A stretch of DNA of 64,000 nt from Chrysomallon squamiferum. Lineage: Eukaryota; Animalia; Mollusca. Position 1 is the first letter of the stretch. The number at the start of each line of letters is the position of its first letter. The DNA is taken from contig CM022677.1 in NCBI GenBank assembly GCA_012295275.1, positions 7,812,001 to 7,876,000 on the forward strand. Direction: 5' to 3'. Shown piece by piece: positions 1-13,980 of this stretch. The position numbers were made by a program, and so were the translations under genes. Below the pieces are notes generated by a model. It made no database searches and was not told the origin of the DNA. It saw only the letters and a list, made by a program, of their open reading frames with translations.

Positions 1-1068
1 ACAATATGAAGCAGAAGAACCTGAAACAGGTTGGAAAAAGCCACAAGGAGAGGATTGTGACCAGGGTTCTCTATAAATATGAACAAACAATGTTGAACTT
101 AAATTTATGCTCAGCCTTACTGCCCATGTTCAAATCTATGATCCTCGTGTTTGAACTAAAGCAGCCGATGATATATAGGTTACCTAATGAGATGGTTCAC
201 CTCTTCCATCACTTCTTAGCATGTTTCCTGAAGCACGAGGTCCTCAGAGATACTCATTTCAAACAGTTGAAGAGAATTGATGCAGAAGATGAGCCAAATC
301 ACCTCCCCATCCAGTCCATATTCATTGGATCAGCCACACAGTTCATTGTTGATGCAGTGAAGAAGAAACCTATCCAAAGAAAGGAGGCTGTTGAATTCAT
401 GGAAACAGAGAAGAATGCACTTACAGTCTCCTCTAAATACATGCAGCAGAAGCTCCCCTTGGAGAATGTATTGCTTCTGTGATCTAAAATGCAGGGACAA
501 TCCATGGCATGTGGTGCATTGAAAAAATTGAAGGACTTCATGTGTTACAAATAGAAGAGCATGACACTTATCTGTTGGAGGCATCTCATTTGCAAATAGA
601 TCAAGACCTACCACCAGCAGAAGTTGATGGAAAGCCTGTTCAGTTAGACCATTGGTGGGTTATAATGCTTGGGAGGTATCCCATATTGGCTAAAGTAGTC
701 AAGGCATGTCTAAGCATTTTTACAGGACCCCATATTGAACAATCGTTCAGTCAGATGAATGACATTGTCAAAAAGAAGTCAAACCCTTTTAGAAATGGCC
801 AGCTACTCTGCAATGCAGAGGGTCTGATATGATCTTTCTGCCAGGCATACCAGCTCCATCCAGGCATTCCATTGCGATGACATTCTCAGAACTCCTGCAT
901 GGTTTACACTAAAACTGCTGTTGCTAGGTACAAGAAAAAACAAGCTAAGCTGGAGATTGAACAAAAAGCCAAAAGGCTCAAGTTGAACCACAAGGCAAAA
1001 CAAGTGAACAGAAGTGTAGGTGGTAAAACAACCTTGGTGCACAGAGCTGCTAAACAACTCAAAAACTG
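1..1068 (+). mobile_element. Degenerate hAT-superfamily DNA transposase remnant (C-terminal part incl. hAT dimerisation region), frameshifted, runs off the window start
   Basis: ORFs 6..482 and 509..832 are pieces of one reading. LDHWW...GRYPILAKVVKACLSIFTGPHIEQSFSQMNDIVKKKSN matches the hAT C-terminal pattern (WW..YP.L...A...L.......E..FS.M..I......N). A basic Lys-rich tail follows. Stops and frameshifts are present. Confidence 0.75.
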
Positions 1069-1359
1069 ATTTAAAAAATAAAAAATCAACCCACCAGCGA
1101 CATCTTAGTGGTTTCCTAAGTTTTATAAAAATATTTTCCTGATTTGTTTTGTTAGACTGTTCTCATCTATGCCAGTGCATCATGAAATGCAGAGACCCTG
1201 CATCAGCAACACACAAATCCAGGCCATTTTCCAGAGAAGAGATACAAGAGAGTAACGAAACATCATCCAAGCAACGGTCTGGTGTCAGGTAATGTCAGGC
1301 CTGTGTTAGAATGTTTTCAGAAACCTCTCAACAGTGGCAGGGTATGTTTTTGGATGGTT

Positions 1360-1390
<31 letters not shown>

Positions 1391-1565
1391 AATATTGCAT
1401 GAATGATAATATTGCCAAAAAATACCATTTATCATAAAAAAAAGATAATAAAGTATCATGTTCATGTTGGAATTACCAAAAGCTTTGATTACCATTGATG
1501 TTAAATATTTTATGTAGGTCATGGCAGTATTGTTCAGTTGCTGTCTAGAAAGGGAATTTACGTTT

Positions 1566-2015
1566 ATGGAGAAGGATGAATCAGCTGTACAGACACTGCA
1601 GACTGCACAATTCCAAGTTGTAAGTTTTTATCTTAGTTTTATTTCTCAGCAAGTAAAATAAGTTTTATAGTAACATCTCTTTAGTGATTGTAAAATAATA
1701 GCATAATGATAATCATTTATTTTCTATTGTTTTGTTAATTATTTAAATTATTAATATTACCATCATTATCATTATAATGATTATACAAAATATATCAAAA
1801 ATATCCCACACCTGTTTTTGTCTGAATAATCCTGTAACTGGTACCACTAAAATTTAAATTTTAATAATAACAGAAACATTAGTTATTTATTTATAACATT
1901 TATTATTTTTATTATTTTTTTTGTTTTTTTTTTTCAGAATGCTCATACAGCTCTGATTGATGTGGTGATGTTGGCTAGTGAAGTTGTTTCAGTAGAAGGT
2001 GCTGTCCAGCACTGA
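1566..2015 (+). pseudogene. Two-exon coding-like fragment MEKDESAVQTLQTAQFQV|NAHTALIDVVMLASEVVSVEGAVQH* of unknown family
   Basis: Exon 1566-1619 ends at GTAAGT. Exon 1938-2015 follows poly-T CAG. The join is phase 0. Paralog at ~20422-20892 has GAG>TAG; 5 of 9 substitutions in exon 2 are synonymous. Confidence 0.35.
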
Positions 2016-2117
2016 GGAACAAGTTTGTACTGCTGCCACTGGAAAAGAGAGAAACAAAACTGAACAGTGAATTTGAGTTTGTAACATACATTAGAATCTT
2101 GTATAATAACTGCATAT

Positions 2118-2121
<4 letters not shown>

Positions 2122-2182
<61 letters not shown>

Positions 2183-2200
2183 ACACACACACACACATCA
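2122..2200. repeat. (TC)n + (AC)n microsatellite
   Basis: Direct reading; a second (TC)n is at 2567-2626. Confidence 0.95.
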
Positions 2201-2563
2201 CACATACACAACACTTCCTTTCATATAAACCTCATTAAAAGAAGAAGATTATTTTAAAATATTTGACTTTCCTGTTACCAGATGGAACTGCCAGCCTTCG
2301 CACAGTGTCACTGTTCCTGTGAGGACAGACACACTAAAATACACTGGAGATGGATGTACTGTAGCTGTTGTCTATATTTATGTTGACCACAGTCTCTCAA
2401 TTTTCATGGCTGGTTTAATAACACAATTTTTGTAAGTAAAATAATGAATCAGGTGGTAATTTTAAAATATATGAATCTTAATAACTAGCTAAACAACATA
2501 ATTCATATAATATTAGGTCTGGTTTTCTTTTTTGGTTTTGAATATGACATGTATGTGCATCTT

Positions 2564-2629
<66 letters not shown>

Positions 2630-3240
2630 AGGTGCATATATAACTACAAAGGTAAATAAATAAAAGACTGTTGTTTTTCAGAAACTGCTGTATACACAAG
2701 AACAGCTAATTCTGTGAGCCCGCCACAGGGTAGAAATGTCATCAAAGAATATGGCATAACAGGAACATCTATAGAGGTTGTTGTTATAGTAGTAGTATTA
2801 GTCATTGTCATTGTTGTAGTAATGTAGTTGTTACAGCAATAATAATACTACTTGTTGTGTATAATATAATTGACCTTGGTGATGTTTTAACTGATGATGT
2901 TGTCTCCATAACTTTGTAATAGTAATGTGTCTTGTGAGACTCATGGTGATTAAAATAAGCTGTTTGTACTCAAATTACAGGTTGTAGTGGTGGTGGTAGT
3001 AGTAGTAGTAGCAGTACTAATAGTAGTTGTTTTTAGAGAAATTCTTATGATAAACAAGAAGAGTAGTGTAACAGCAGTGATAGTAGTAGTAATAGTAGTC
3101 ATAATTGTTGTTGTAGTAATTATAATAATATTAGTATAAAGAAATACAGGCATAGGACTAATAGTGAAGAGAGCAAAAAAATCACTTTTATTATTACAAT
3201 AAATGTAGTAGTAGCAGTATTTTATTTTATTTATTTATTG

Positions 3241-3567
3241 CACCCACCAATCACACTCTGACCAGTGAGTTGTCCAGACTCTAGTCCAACATCAGCATCG
3301 ACTCTGTTGTGTGAAAGTTCTGCTGATGAACAGCTCAATATTGGTGATCTGGACATTGAAGCCAACCACGTCAGACTACAACAATTCTTAAGTTGGAGAG
3401 TCTTACACCAGGTCACCAATCTCAACAGTCAAATATCAGGGAGAAAAAACTTGAAAAACTTGAACATGCTAAAACCAGCTCAAACAAAAACATTAAAACT
3501 TGACAGATGACTGTGACAGCTGTGTGTGACAGTGGCAAAGTCAAAAGCCTGGAAGTTGAGCAGCAGG
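3241..3567 (+). pseudogene. Decayed exon-like segment (higher GC, frameshifted, ends ...KSLEVEQQ|GT)
   Basis: Coding-like composition, ORF 3265..3510, CAG|GTGACT donor. Paralog at 21530-21770. Confidence 0.3.
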
Positions 3568-6500
3568 TGACTTAGTTTACTTCCATTAGCATTGTTTTAT
3601 TTCTTATTAGCTTAAATTTGTACTAGGAATAACCAAAACAGTTTTGTTTTTAACTCACAAAAATTACAAGAACTACATGGCTTAAGGAATGCTGTTGAGG
3701 TATGTGTGAAATCAGTTCATAAAGAAAAGCTATATTCATTTTGTTGAAGGTGTTTCTGAATGAAAAATTCTTCTTTAGCTTTAATTATGTGATTGAAATT
3801 CATCTTTATTTTAGACATATTTGTTATTTCTCTAACTAAAATATATTTAATTTTTAAATTTATTTTAAATATTTACTTTATTTTATATATTTATTTTTTT
3901 AAATAATGGGATTCAAAATTTCTATGCATGTATATCATAACATTTAAATTAATAGCAGATATAGATCTGACCTCCATTAAAGAATCTACTAGCAGAAGTA
4001 ATTAGTTTAGATATTGGATTAAAAGCCTTTCTTTAATTTTTATTTACGAATTTGTTTTTCTTTTTTTCTCTATGAGATATACTCCTGTCACAGTTTTAGG
4101 CTCATCATAAATAATTATTAGTAGCCAGGAAGTCAATAAAACAGTGACCTGTTCTGAAGTAAGTGGTCTGGTTATGTTTTATAATAATAAATAATGTGTT
4201 TAAGTACGTATGTTCTGTTTGGGTGATTAGGATGTTAAAAAGATGATGGGTTAATTGCCCCAAAAATAGTATTTGGGCAACCTTTTTTTTTTCTTCTATA
4301 TGTTTTAAAACAAGAGCCACTAATAATAATTTTATGGGAAATATTTATTTCACATAGTGTTATTTAAAATGGTAGAATTCTCTTTATTTTGTTCTCTGTA
4401 ATGCACGCCTATAAAAATTATATTTTTAATCAAGGTTTTAACTCATTAATTGTTGTGTTTGTTGCAGGCAAAGCATTTACCTTTTTAAAAGTTATTTTTG
4501 CTTCATCTGAATGTTACCATCATATCCAGATAAATAAAGTCAGTATTAAAACATTGTTAAAAAATAATTCATTGATAATTTACAAATAATTTTCCATGAC
4601 TGAAATTTTTCTTCCCAAAGATTTTATTGTGCAAATTAATCAAATGCTCCTAGCCTGGAATAGGTAAAAAAAATAGACATTTAACTAATGTACATTAAGA
4701 TATAGAATGATAAATTTGATGCTTACTTTTTATTTATTATTATTTTTTAAAATTATTTTATTAGTTTTTCTTTCTGTATTTGTTTATTTAGACAAAAAAA
4801 ATGGAACATACAAAATCCACAAAATTGCCGGATTTGAACAAATAGTAGGAAACTGAGTCATATATCAAACCAGATAGTTGTCTAAATACCACCAGCACAA
4901 ACTTTGGATCCTTTGATGTCCAGCATTTCAGAGGATTTTCTTGACCAGCTTGTGTTAAAGACACAGGAAGACCTTTCAGGTAACTCAGATACAACACAGA
5001 TCAGTAGATTTTATACTTAAAGATCTGAAGGTATAAAGGAATTTTTTGTGGTTTGAATTAATTATATCATAACATTTTAAAATTTAAATATTTGTAATTA
5101 ATTGGAATTCTCTTGATCTTTTGGGATTAAAAGAGTATTATTCTGGATAAATTTATTGTTGTAGCCAGATTAATTAACTTACATTTTTAATCAAATCTAA
5201 AATTAGATGTATAGAATCAGTTCTAAGTGTTCCAAAAAAGTAATGCAGCTTGTAATCAAAATGACTGAATTCACATACCTAGTGAAGAGTGACATTAACA
5301 GTTTGTTATTAGAACTGAAAAGCTTTGGTATCTATTAGTAAACTAATAAATGACAGAACTTATCATTTACTTATTTAACTAAACTGACTGTCATTTTTAT
5401 AGGCTGGTGACAATGAATTCTTTTCAATTTACAGGTGGAAACTGTCAAGTCCATGTCAGATTTTGTATTTCTTTTAAACACTTGGTCAAAGACAGAGTTT
5501 TTCAGATCTCACTCTCTCCCTTACAGTACAAGGCAGGTCAGTGCTGAAGATTCAGAGGAGAATTCACAATTTTATGGATTTCAGCTTTGAGAAATATTAG
5601 TGGTATTTGTATTATTATTATTATTACATTTTCATGTTATGTTTGTATTGCTTAACTTTAAAATATTTATTGATTTAATCAGTGCATTCTTCTTGTTTAC
5701 TATTAGAAAATCTTTCATAAAGAAATATTTTCACATATTTTTATGAATTTAATTATAAAAAACATTTTTTTTTTTTAAATTGACCAGAATGTAAAATGTA
5801 TAGTGATACTTTTTTATAGATATATATTTTTTGTTTAAATTATTTTTATTATTAAAATCTGTTACAATAAGAGACAGATGATGTTTATTTATTATTAAAA
5901 TCTATTACAAGAATAGGGAGATATTTTAAACAGATGATGTTTATTTATAATAATATTCTTTCAAACAGTTTTACAGACAATTAAACACAATGTCAGTGGA
6001 TGACTGGAAGGGAACAAAAATGACAATGACTAATGACACTGCAAAAGCTATGTGTGTTTCTACATTACAAATTATAGAAGAAATGAAAATATGTGGAGCA
6101 ATGATATTTACAGATAGACAACAAGCAGGTTCCAGCTTAATGTTGTTTTCATAGACAATATTAGCAAGTTTAGAGCTACTATAAGTGATTTAAAGGAAAG
6201 GAGAGAAGATTGACAGAGATATGAGACTGACTGTCTGATGGGAGGTTAACAGGTAAAGAGATACACAGGAAGATACACAGAAAGAAAGAGAGAGATGTTG
6301 ATAGACTGATAGACAGTTAGATCAGTAGAAGTTAACAAATGAATTGATAGATGTAGATGAATTTAGCCAGATAGTTAAACATGTCAGTGTCTATCTATCT
6401 ATTCTGTGTTTTCTTCTTTCTGTCATGTGTGTTTGTGTGCCAGGCTGAGAGTGTAGACATACAGTAAAATACATAGGTTGTAATGTAGCTGTCTAGACAT

Positions 6501-6606
6501 AGTTAGTTATGTATGTAGGTAGTTTGACAGGGAATTAGATATATGATTGATGGATGGTTATTGATCTGTGTGGATAGATAAACAAAAGATAAACAAGTAG
6601 GATATG

Positions 6607-6925
6607 TAGGTCAGTAGTTCAGTAGGTTGATATATATAGATATGCAGATATATGTAGATAGTTATCTAATAGATATCAGACACAGAGAGGGACAGATAAA
6701 TAGGTCAGTAGTTCAGTAGGTTGATATGTAGATATATGTAGATAGTTATCTAATAGATATCAGACACAGAGAGGGACAGATAGGTAGGTAGGTCAGTAGT
6801 TCAGTAGGTTGATATGTAGATATATGTAGATAGTTATCTAATAGATATCAGACACAGAGAGGGACAGATAGGTAGGTAGGTCAGTAGTTCAGTAGGTTGA
6901 TATGTAGATATATGTAGATAGTTAT
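6607..6925. repeat. 88-bp minisatellite, ~3.6 copies
   Basis: TAGGTCAGTAGTTCAGTAGGTTGATATGTAG recurs at 6701, 6789 and 6877. The same array is at ~25817-26115. Confidence 0.9.
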
Positions 6926-6973
6926 GTAGCAGACAGACAGATAGGTGTAGGCAGGTATGATGGTAATGTGGAG

Positions 6974-6976
<3 letters not shown>

Positions 6977-7029
<53 letters not shown>

Positions 7030-7310
7030 CTACAGGTGTAGGTATGTAAGCTGGAGCAGAGAATAGTATATAGAAGGAAAAGTCGCTTGTCTTTTTTGAA
7101 GAGTGAATATATTGAGTAAATATGTGTGCAAACATACAGAACTATAGGGAGGTTTGAAGGTATGTAGACAAGAAGATGTTTAAATGACTGATAGATGTTA
7201 TTGATATATAAACTGTTAGGTAGGTTGATTATGTAGATAGAATGAGAAATTGTGTTCTTAGATATACATATAGAGATACATATAGATAGGTGACATAGAA
7301 AATGCATGTG

Positions 7311-7356
<46 letters not shown>

Positions 7357-8237
7357 CAGTGATTGATAAGGATTGCTAAATAAGGGAATTGTGAATGAGA
7401 GTTATAAATGGACAGTAACACAGAAAGATAGATATAAAACGTAGTTATAATAATTTAGGGAGATAGTCAGGAAGATGAATATCTGATTCAATGGATTGTT
7501 ATTGATGGATAGAGAAATATATATAGGGAGGCATTTCCTTAGAGTTCAATGGATGGATAAATAGATAGGTGTAAGCATATATGATGGTAAAGTGGATATG
7601 ATCATGTATATGTACATAGATAAATACACACAGAGGCAGACAGAAAACAGAAAGGATTGGATCTGTGTTTGAGTTAGTGATGAACTGATAACTTAAAGGT
7701 AGATATCCAGAGATAAATACAGATAGATTATATATATATAGATATATAGAAATAAATACAAATAGATTATAGATAGATAGATATACAGAGATAAATACAG
7801 ATATATATTATACAGACAGATACACAGAGATAAATACAGATAGATTTATCTCTAAAAGATATAAATATATAGATGTATATATTTATAAAAGATAATGTAA
7901 ATAACACACATAAATAAATACAGATAGATTACATAGACAGACATATTCAGCAAGATATTGAGGTTTGAAGTAGTATATAGTTAGATATTCAGAGAGCTGG
8001 ACATATTATTGATAGATGGTTATTGAAAAATAGATGTATAAGCTAGAGAGATAAACTGATATGTAGGTATGTTACTAGTTTGGTAGATTGATTTGTAGAC
8101 AGACTGACAGACATATAGATAGACGTGTGTTAAGAAATGGGTTTGTGTGTATATATATATAGATATATAGATGTATACACACACATACATAACGTGTATA
8201 GTAATGATAATTTATTTGTGTGTTTAAAGATGATTAG

Positions 8238-8276
<39 letters not shown>

Positions 8277-8500
8277 GGGTGGACAGAGAGGTAAATTGAT
8301 AGACAGAAGAAAGCTAGGCATGAGTATATACTGCATCCTGTAAGAAAGACCGAGTCTGTTGCTTATGTATATGGGATAAATAGATAGATAAATAGATAAA
8401 AAGAATGTATTTAAATAATTAAATATGATATAAAAAGAATGTATTTAAATATTAAATGTGTGTGTGTGTGTGTGTGTATGTGTGTGTGTGTGTGTGTGTG

Positions 8501-8533
<33 letters not shown>
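6977..8533. repeat. Low-complexity GATA/TAGA-rich tract with (TA)n and (TG)n microsatellites
   Basis: (TA)n 6977-7028, (TG)n 7313-7355 and 8456-8533, with degenerate AGAT repeats between. Confidence 0.9.
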
Positions 8534-8534
<1 letters not shown>

Positions 8535-9394
8535 AAAATAGACTGTGTTATTTGTAACCGAGAGGGTAAGATAGCTTGATGTAGAGATAGTTAGACGTAT
8601 TGATCGCTTGAAAAATATATTGATAGGTTAGGAAACTGCTTTGGAAAGAAAAATCCATCTTTTGTGAATAATAATTGTTCCATATTAGTAGACACCTCAT
8701 CTGCTTAAATTTTTCTCCCTATTCTTGTAACTGAAGCTGATTCCAGAATCTTGTATTTCCTGTAGATACAATAATAAAATGTAATAGAAATAATAATTAT
8801 TTTTCCATATATATATATATAGATAGATAGATAGATAGATAGATACAGATATAGTTATAAACAGACAGACAGATACATAGATAGACAAATAGCCAGAGAA
8901 ATTGATGATGAAATAAAACAAATATATAGATAGACAGGTAGATAGATAGAAATATGCAGGTAAGTAAGGATGAGTAATTTGGAGAGTGAGAGAGAAAGAA
9001 AGCCAGAGCGAGATATTTAATATGTCATAACTTATTCTTAAGTACATACACTTCTGTCTATGCTCTGTTGGCCTGTCTGTCTATCTGTATATAGAAAGAG
9101 CTTTCAAAGACACTATTCGAAATTAGAAAAAGTAGCAAAAGTATCCATCTGTTCATCTATCTTCAGTAACTATATCTGTATGTAGGTATTTCTATTTATC
9201 TATCATAATCTATCTATCTATCTATCTATCTAACCAAAATAATGTTATGTTAATGTACTAATTAGCCATTCCCTTTGGAAATGTTGCCACACATACACCA
9301 CGGTGAGGTTTAGTACACGTAGGGGATGTTAGTAATGGTTAGTATTTGTTAAATGTTAGTATTTGGTTAATGATTAGTATTTTCTTAATGGTTA

Positions 9395-9905
9395 GTCTCT
9401 TTCTCTCTGTCTCTCTCTTTCTCTTACTCTCTATCTCTTTCTTTCTTTTCTCTTTCTCTCTCTGTCTATCTCTTTCTGTTTTCTTTCTTTCTATCTCTGT
9501 CTCTCTGTGCGACTCGGTATCTGTGTCTATCTCTCTCTGTCTGACTTGCTCTCTTTATCTCTCTTTCCCTCTATCACTGTCTCTCTCTTTTCTCTCTTTC
9601 TCTCTCTGTCTCTCTCTTCCACTCTCTGACTCTGTCTCTCTCAGTGTTTCTTTCTCGGTCTCTCTCTATATCTCTCTGTCTCTCTATATTTGTTTCTCTC
9701 TTTCTCCCTCTGTCTGTCACTCTCAGAATCTCTCTCTGTCTCTATCTGTCTCTGAATCTTTTTCTCTTTCTCTCTCTGACTCTCTGTATTTCTGTCTCTC
9801 TGTCTTTCTGTCTGACTCTCTCCCTGTCTCTATCTCTCTGTCTGCCTATGTCCCTGTCTCTTTTTCTCTCTGTCTCTTTTCTCCTTTGTCTCTTCTCTAT
9901 CTCTG

Positions 9906-9972
<67 letters not shown>

Positions 9973-9984
9973 GTCTTTCTTTCT

Positions 9985-10058
<74 letters not shown>
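9395..10058. repeat. Degenerate (CT)n/(CTGT)n polypyrimidine tract
   Basis: Direct reading. Homologous tracts are at ~28746-29285 and ~47315-47880. Confidence 0.95.
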
Positions 10059-10061
<3 letters not shown>

Positions 10062-11217
10062 ATAGTCACAGTGAATATAGATTCCTATTGTACTGTCTTT
10101 GGTTGATGAAAATATGGTAATGCTATATATTATTACACCTATGCAAGAGGAGTGGAACTCGTACGCAGTATGCTTTGTCGACTGACTGAATGTCTCACAC
10201 ATCGCGATAGTCACATTTCAAATTTCAAATTTCTTCTCTGACCCCAGTCATCCTTCAAGCTCTCTGGAGTCGTAAAACCCACTGAGATACTGAACTACCG
10301 GCTGTAATGTTTGACAAGTAATTCGCTATTCCCACATAACCATTCCCCGCAGGTAACAGTTTTAGCAATTGTAATTTCTTATTAGAGTTCCCTACTTTTT
10401 TTAAGAGCACATGCTTTTCACACCAATTCAGTTGTGAACTGAAATGTCACAATTATTATGTAAACTGTGTTTTATTGAAAATATTATATATTTATTATTG
10501 TGGTTGTTGTTGTTCTTCTTCTTTTTCTTTTCTTCTGTTTTTTTTTAGGAAATGTTTGTAATGTTGTTGTTTTTTTTAAAAATCATCAATTACTTAACTA
10601 ATTCACTTTATCATTCTACCCTTTGATATGATGGGGAAATAGTATATATCCGAAAAAAAACCCCAAAACCCATGAGTCTCCAGTTTTCTATGGTTCCGAC
10701 TGTAATCATAATAAAGCTTCTTACTGTACTGCTAGAACAACAACAACTAAATAAATAAATACATATATTAATTAATTAAACAAAATATAAAATACAAAAT
10801 CAAACAGCATCACTTCGCCATCATAACACGACGCCAGAGGATAAAACAGAATTCTAAAATATTTATTCACTGTGTTTTCTTACGATCCGTGACATTCTCC
10901 CTAAAACAATAAAATAATAACTTGCAAGTACAGAGAATTTGATTGTTGTTGTTGTAAACTTTAAACTAATGAGACGGTTAAAACCGTAACTATATTTCTC
11001 AGCCTCTCGTAACAACAACAGCAACGATCATAGTAATAATAATGATAAATGAGTTGTCCGAGCTAAAAGTTCTGAATTGACACAGTTAACTAACGGTTTA
11101 ATTTCTGCTGTATTAGAAATAGCTGAATAATTATTTGTTATAAAAAAATAACGTATGTTGTGAGTGAAATGAGAAAGATCTCGTCTCCTCATTCGGTACC
11201 GAATAAACAGTAAGGAA

Positions 11218-11340
11218 CACTGTATAACACTGTATAACACTGTGTAACGCTGTATAATATTATATAACGCTGTATAACACAGTATAACGCTGTATAACAC
11301 TGTATAACGCTGTATAACACTGTATAACGCTGTATAACGT
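11218..11340. repeat. 10-bp tandem repeat TGTATAAC(A/G)C, ~12 copies
   Basis: Direct reading. Confidence 0.95.
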
Positions 11341-11457
11341 TTGTAAGGTGGGGAAAGTTACTAACAATTAGTAATTGTTAACAGTGTAACAACTCGCTCT
11401 GAGTAGTTGGTCAAACTCAGACTAATTTATTTTTTTAACAATTCTGTGTGTGTGTGT

Positions 11458-11489
<32 letters not shown>

Positions 11490-12039
11490 TTATTTTTGTT
11501 TTATTTTAAAAAATCCATAACTTTCGAACAATTTGACTCACAATTTTAAATATTATGTTTCTGAAATCAGGATAAAAAGATCTACACTTATAGTTAACTG
11601 TAATCAACCTTTATTTCCTAAACTTAAAATCTCATATAAACTTTAAATATGTGTGTGAGTGTGTGTGAGTATTAATGTCGCCGTCGTTGCCGTTGTACCG
11701 GCGTTGTTCCTAACATTATTCCAGTACACTTCATTCTTCCTTTTGGTTTTTTATTCGTATTATTTTTGTTTTCTTTCCGTGTCCAATTTATACTAAAATA
11801 TATTATTATTATCTGTGCTAATGCCGCCGTCGTTGCTGTCGTAAGGTTCTGATTATTATCTGCCCGAGACAGATACACCTTTACAACTTAGAGATTCCAC
11901 GTGACAGTCAGTAATATAAAAATTACGCTTTATTAATCTTGATTCAGTAGTCTCAATAAACAAAAGACATGAACTGATACATGGAATGCGTTTCTATTAG
12001 TTTGCTGCGTACTTTTCAGTAAAAAATATTAATTCTCAC

Positions 12040-12490
12040 CTTTTTCTTCTTACAGGTTTATTTTCATAACGACGATGTGTTAATATTAACGCCACACTCT
12101 GTTGAGACACTAATGAGATCTAATATAGATAGTGATGGCGGCGTTAAAACTGCAAGTGCTGTTTTCATAAGGCCGTGTGAAGGTAATCCTAGCTTTTCAC
12201 TGAATCATGTTCTGGTGTTTATAAAATGTTACACTAGACGCGCTCTCTTTATTTCTCGATATATTTTTGACGTCACATATAAAACTACTGTTATTTAAAC
12301 AAAATTACAACACTGAAGCTCCCTCTATATTTCTGAATGCTTACAGTGAAATCATTCTGAATACCATACTGAATATCATCTCATTCAAGAAGGATAGTTG
12401 AAAAATTCAGAAATAAAGAGGCCCTCCAGATTCCAATTCTCTGTTACTAACAAAATCAGGATTATTTTTTAGCTGCACCTGATAATTAAA
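12040..12490. repeat. Dispersed repeat, inverted copy at ~56360-56965
   Basis: For example AGAAATAAAGAGGCCCTCCAGA (12410) is the reverse complement of TCTGGAGGGCCTCTTTATTTCT (56421). CTGGTGTTTATAAAATGTTACACTAGA matches 56638-56664 inverted. Confidence 0.85.
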
Positions 12491-13514
12491 TATTGATTTT
12501 CTTTTTCTAGACAGGTGTGTATTTAAAAGCCGAGGTTACACTTGAAATATTAGCAAATAATTAATTGTATATGAAGTGTTAGATGTTATTAGCTTGATCC
12601 ACAGAATATATTGTGTGGCATCCTGAAAGATAACAGTGGATTCTTTAATAGTCTTGTCATTCTGATTGAGGCACATCATGTGATCCAGAAAAAATGTCAA
12701 TATTATTTCTTTCTTAATGACACATCCAAAATCTGCTCAAATTCGATGAGTTGAAGTCTGTCAAATTTAATTAATAAAAGTTAAAATTATCAAATTTGAA
12801 TTGACGTTTTATTTACTTCCAGAAATAATTTTATGAATCTGAAATACATCAAACGTTTGAGGTTTATTAAACAATTTTTTTAGGTATATATTTGTTTTTC
12901 ACAAGCATTGCTAAAATTAGAAATCATTTTTATTACTAATGAATTGTAACAACTGTAACAGAGCATTACATACAACGTCATTCAATGATGCGAACTCTTT
13001 CATAAAAAGAAAAAAAAGAAGATATTGTTATACTTGGCGATATACATTCTTGTGTATACAAAATATGATCGAAAATAAAAAAAAAAAAAGAGTTGGATTC
13101 AACGAAATTGTATCTGTTGCTAGCAGAAGAAATCGACTTGAAGCAAAACAAAATACGGTTAAAAGAAAAAGGTAAGTGACAATTTTACATAATCATACAA
13201 CGAGCTCGCTATCTGTGACAGTAGCATTGTTATTATAATCTGTTTTAATAATAATACTAAACTAAACAAACCAATTTTTGTGGAGAAATTGTCAATGAAA
13301 TAAATAAATAAATTTATAATGGTGTATGTAAAAGATAAATATTTTGTAATATGTGAAATGTATAGCAGCCATTCATCTTTATCAGCCTCAAAACAATTGT
13401 TAATGAATAACGATACATATGTGTGTGTATGTGTGTATATTATGCATGAACATAATATTATAAATATAGATAAATGAAACCATTATGCATACATAATATT
13501 ATAAATATAGATAG

Positions 13515-13548
<34 letters not shown>

Positions 13549-13930
13549 TGTATGTGTGTGTGGGGGGTCGGGTAGTGTTTTTGTAAGAAACCTATTTTGA
13601 CAGGTTGAACTTTTATTTATAGATAAAAAAAAGGTTGCTATGTAAACAGTTTTTTAAATGTTTTAAATATATTTATAAATGTATTGTTCTAGAAGTGTAT
13701 TTGTGTACAATCCCGAATGTTTTTTAAAAAGTTTTATAGATGAATAAATGTTTAGTAAAAAACAGCGGAGAACTAGCGAATTGGATTTAAAGCTCTGTTA
13801 TACATATGAAATAAATTAAAATGAAATTAGAAAATGATTATTTTTAAAAATAAAATAAAATTCCTAAGCCAGCGCGTTTTCTCATTCTAAATATATGCAT
13901 AAATACATAAAAACAATCACATACATAAAT

Positions 13931-13979
<49 letters not shown>

Positions 13980-13980
<1 letters not shown>

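Larger units (their letters stand above)
1172..10058 (+). repeat. Segmental duplication copy A
   Basis: Starts GCCAGTGCATCATGAAATG as at ~20026. Collinear with 20026-29000, with indels, through to the CT-rich tract. Confidence 0.9.

Noticed and set aside
1820-1850. NNPVTGT resembling a Zisupton/HMGXB3 motif
   Set aside because: Short, lies in an apparent intron, and no other KDZ motifs were recognised.
3322-3345. CTGATGA cores (also ~2892 and ~23937) as possible hammerhead ribozymes
   Set aside because: No stem II followed by GAAA and no flanking stems were found by eye.
9325-9397. GGTTAG-containing repeats as interstitial telomere
   Set aside because: Units are ~18-nt GTTAGTATTT.. repeats, not TTAGGG or TTAGG arrays.
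9346-10214. Long ORFs (239 aa SL-rich, RE-rich), also 47262-48000, 42514-42762 and 6834-7421
   Set aside because: They are translations of CT/GA/TA/CA microsatellites, which lack stops; no coding signal.
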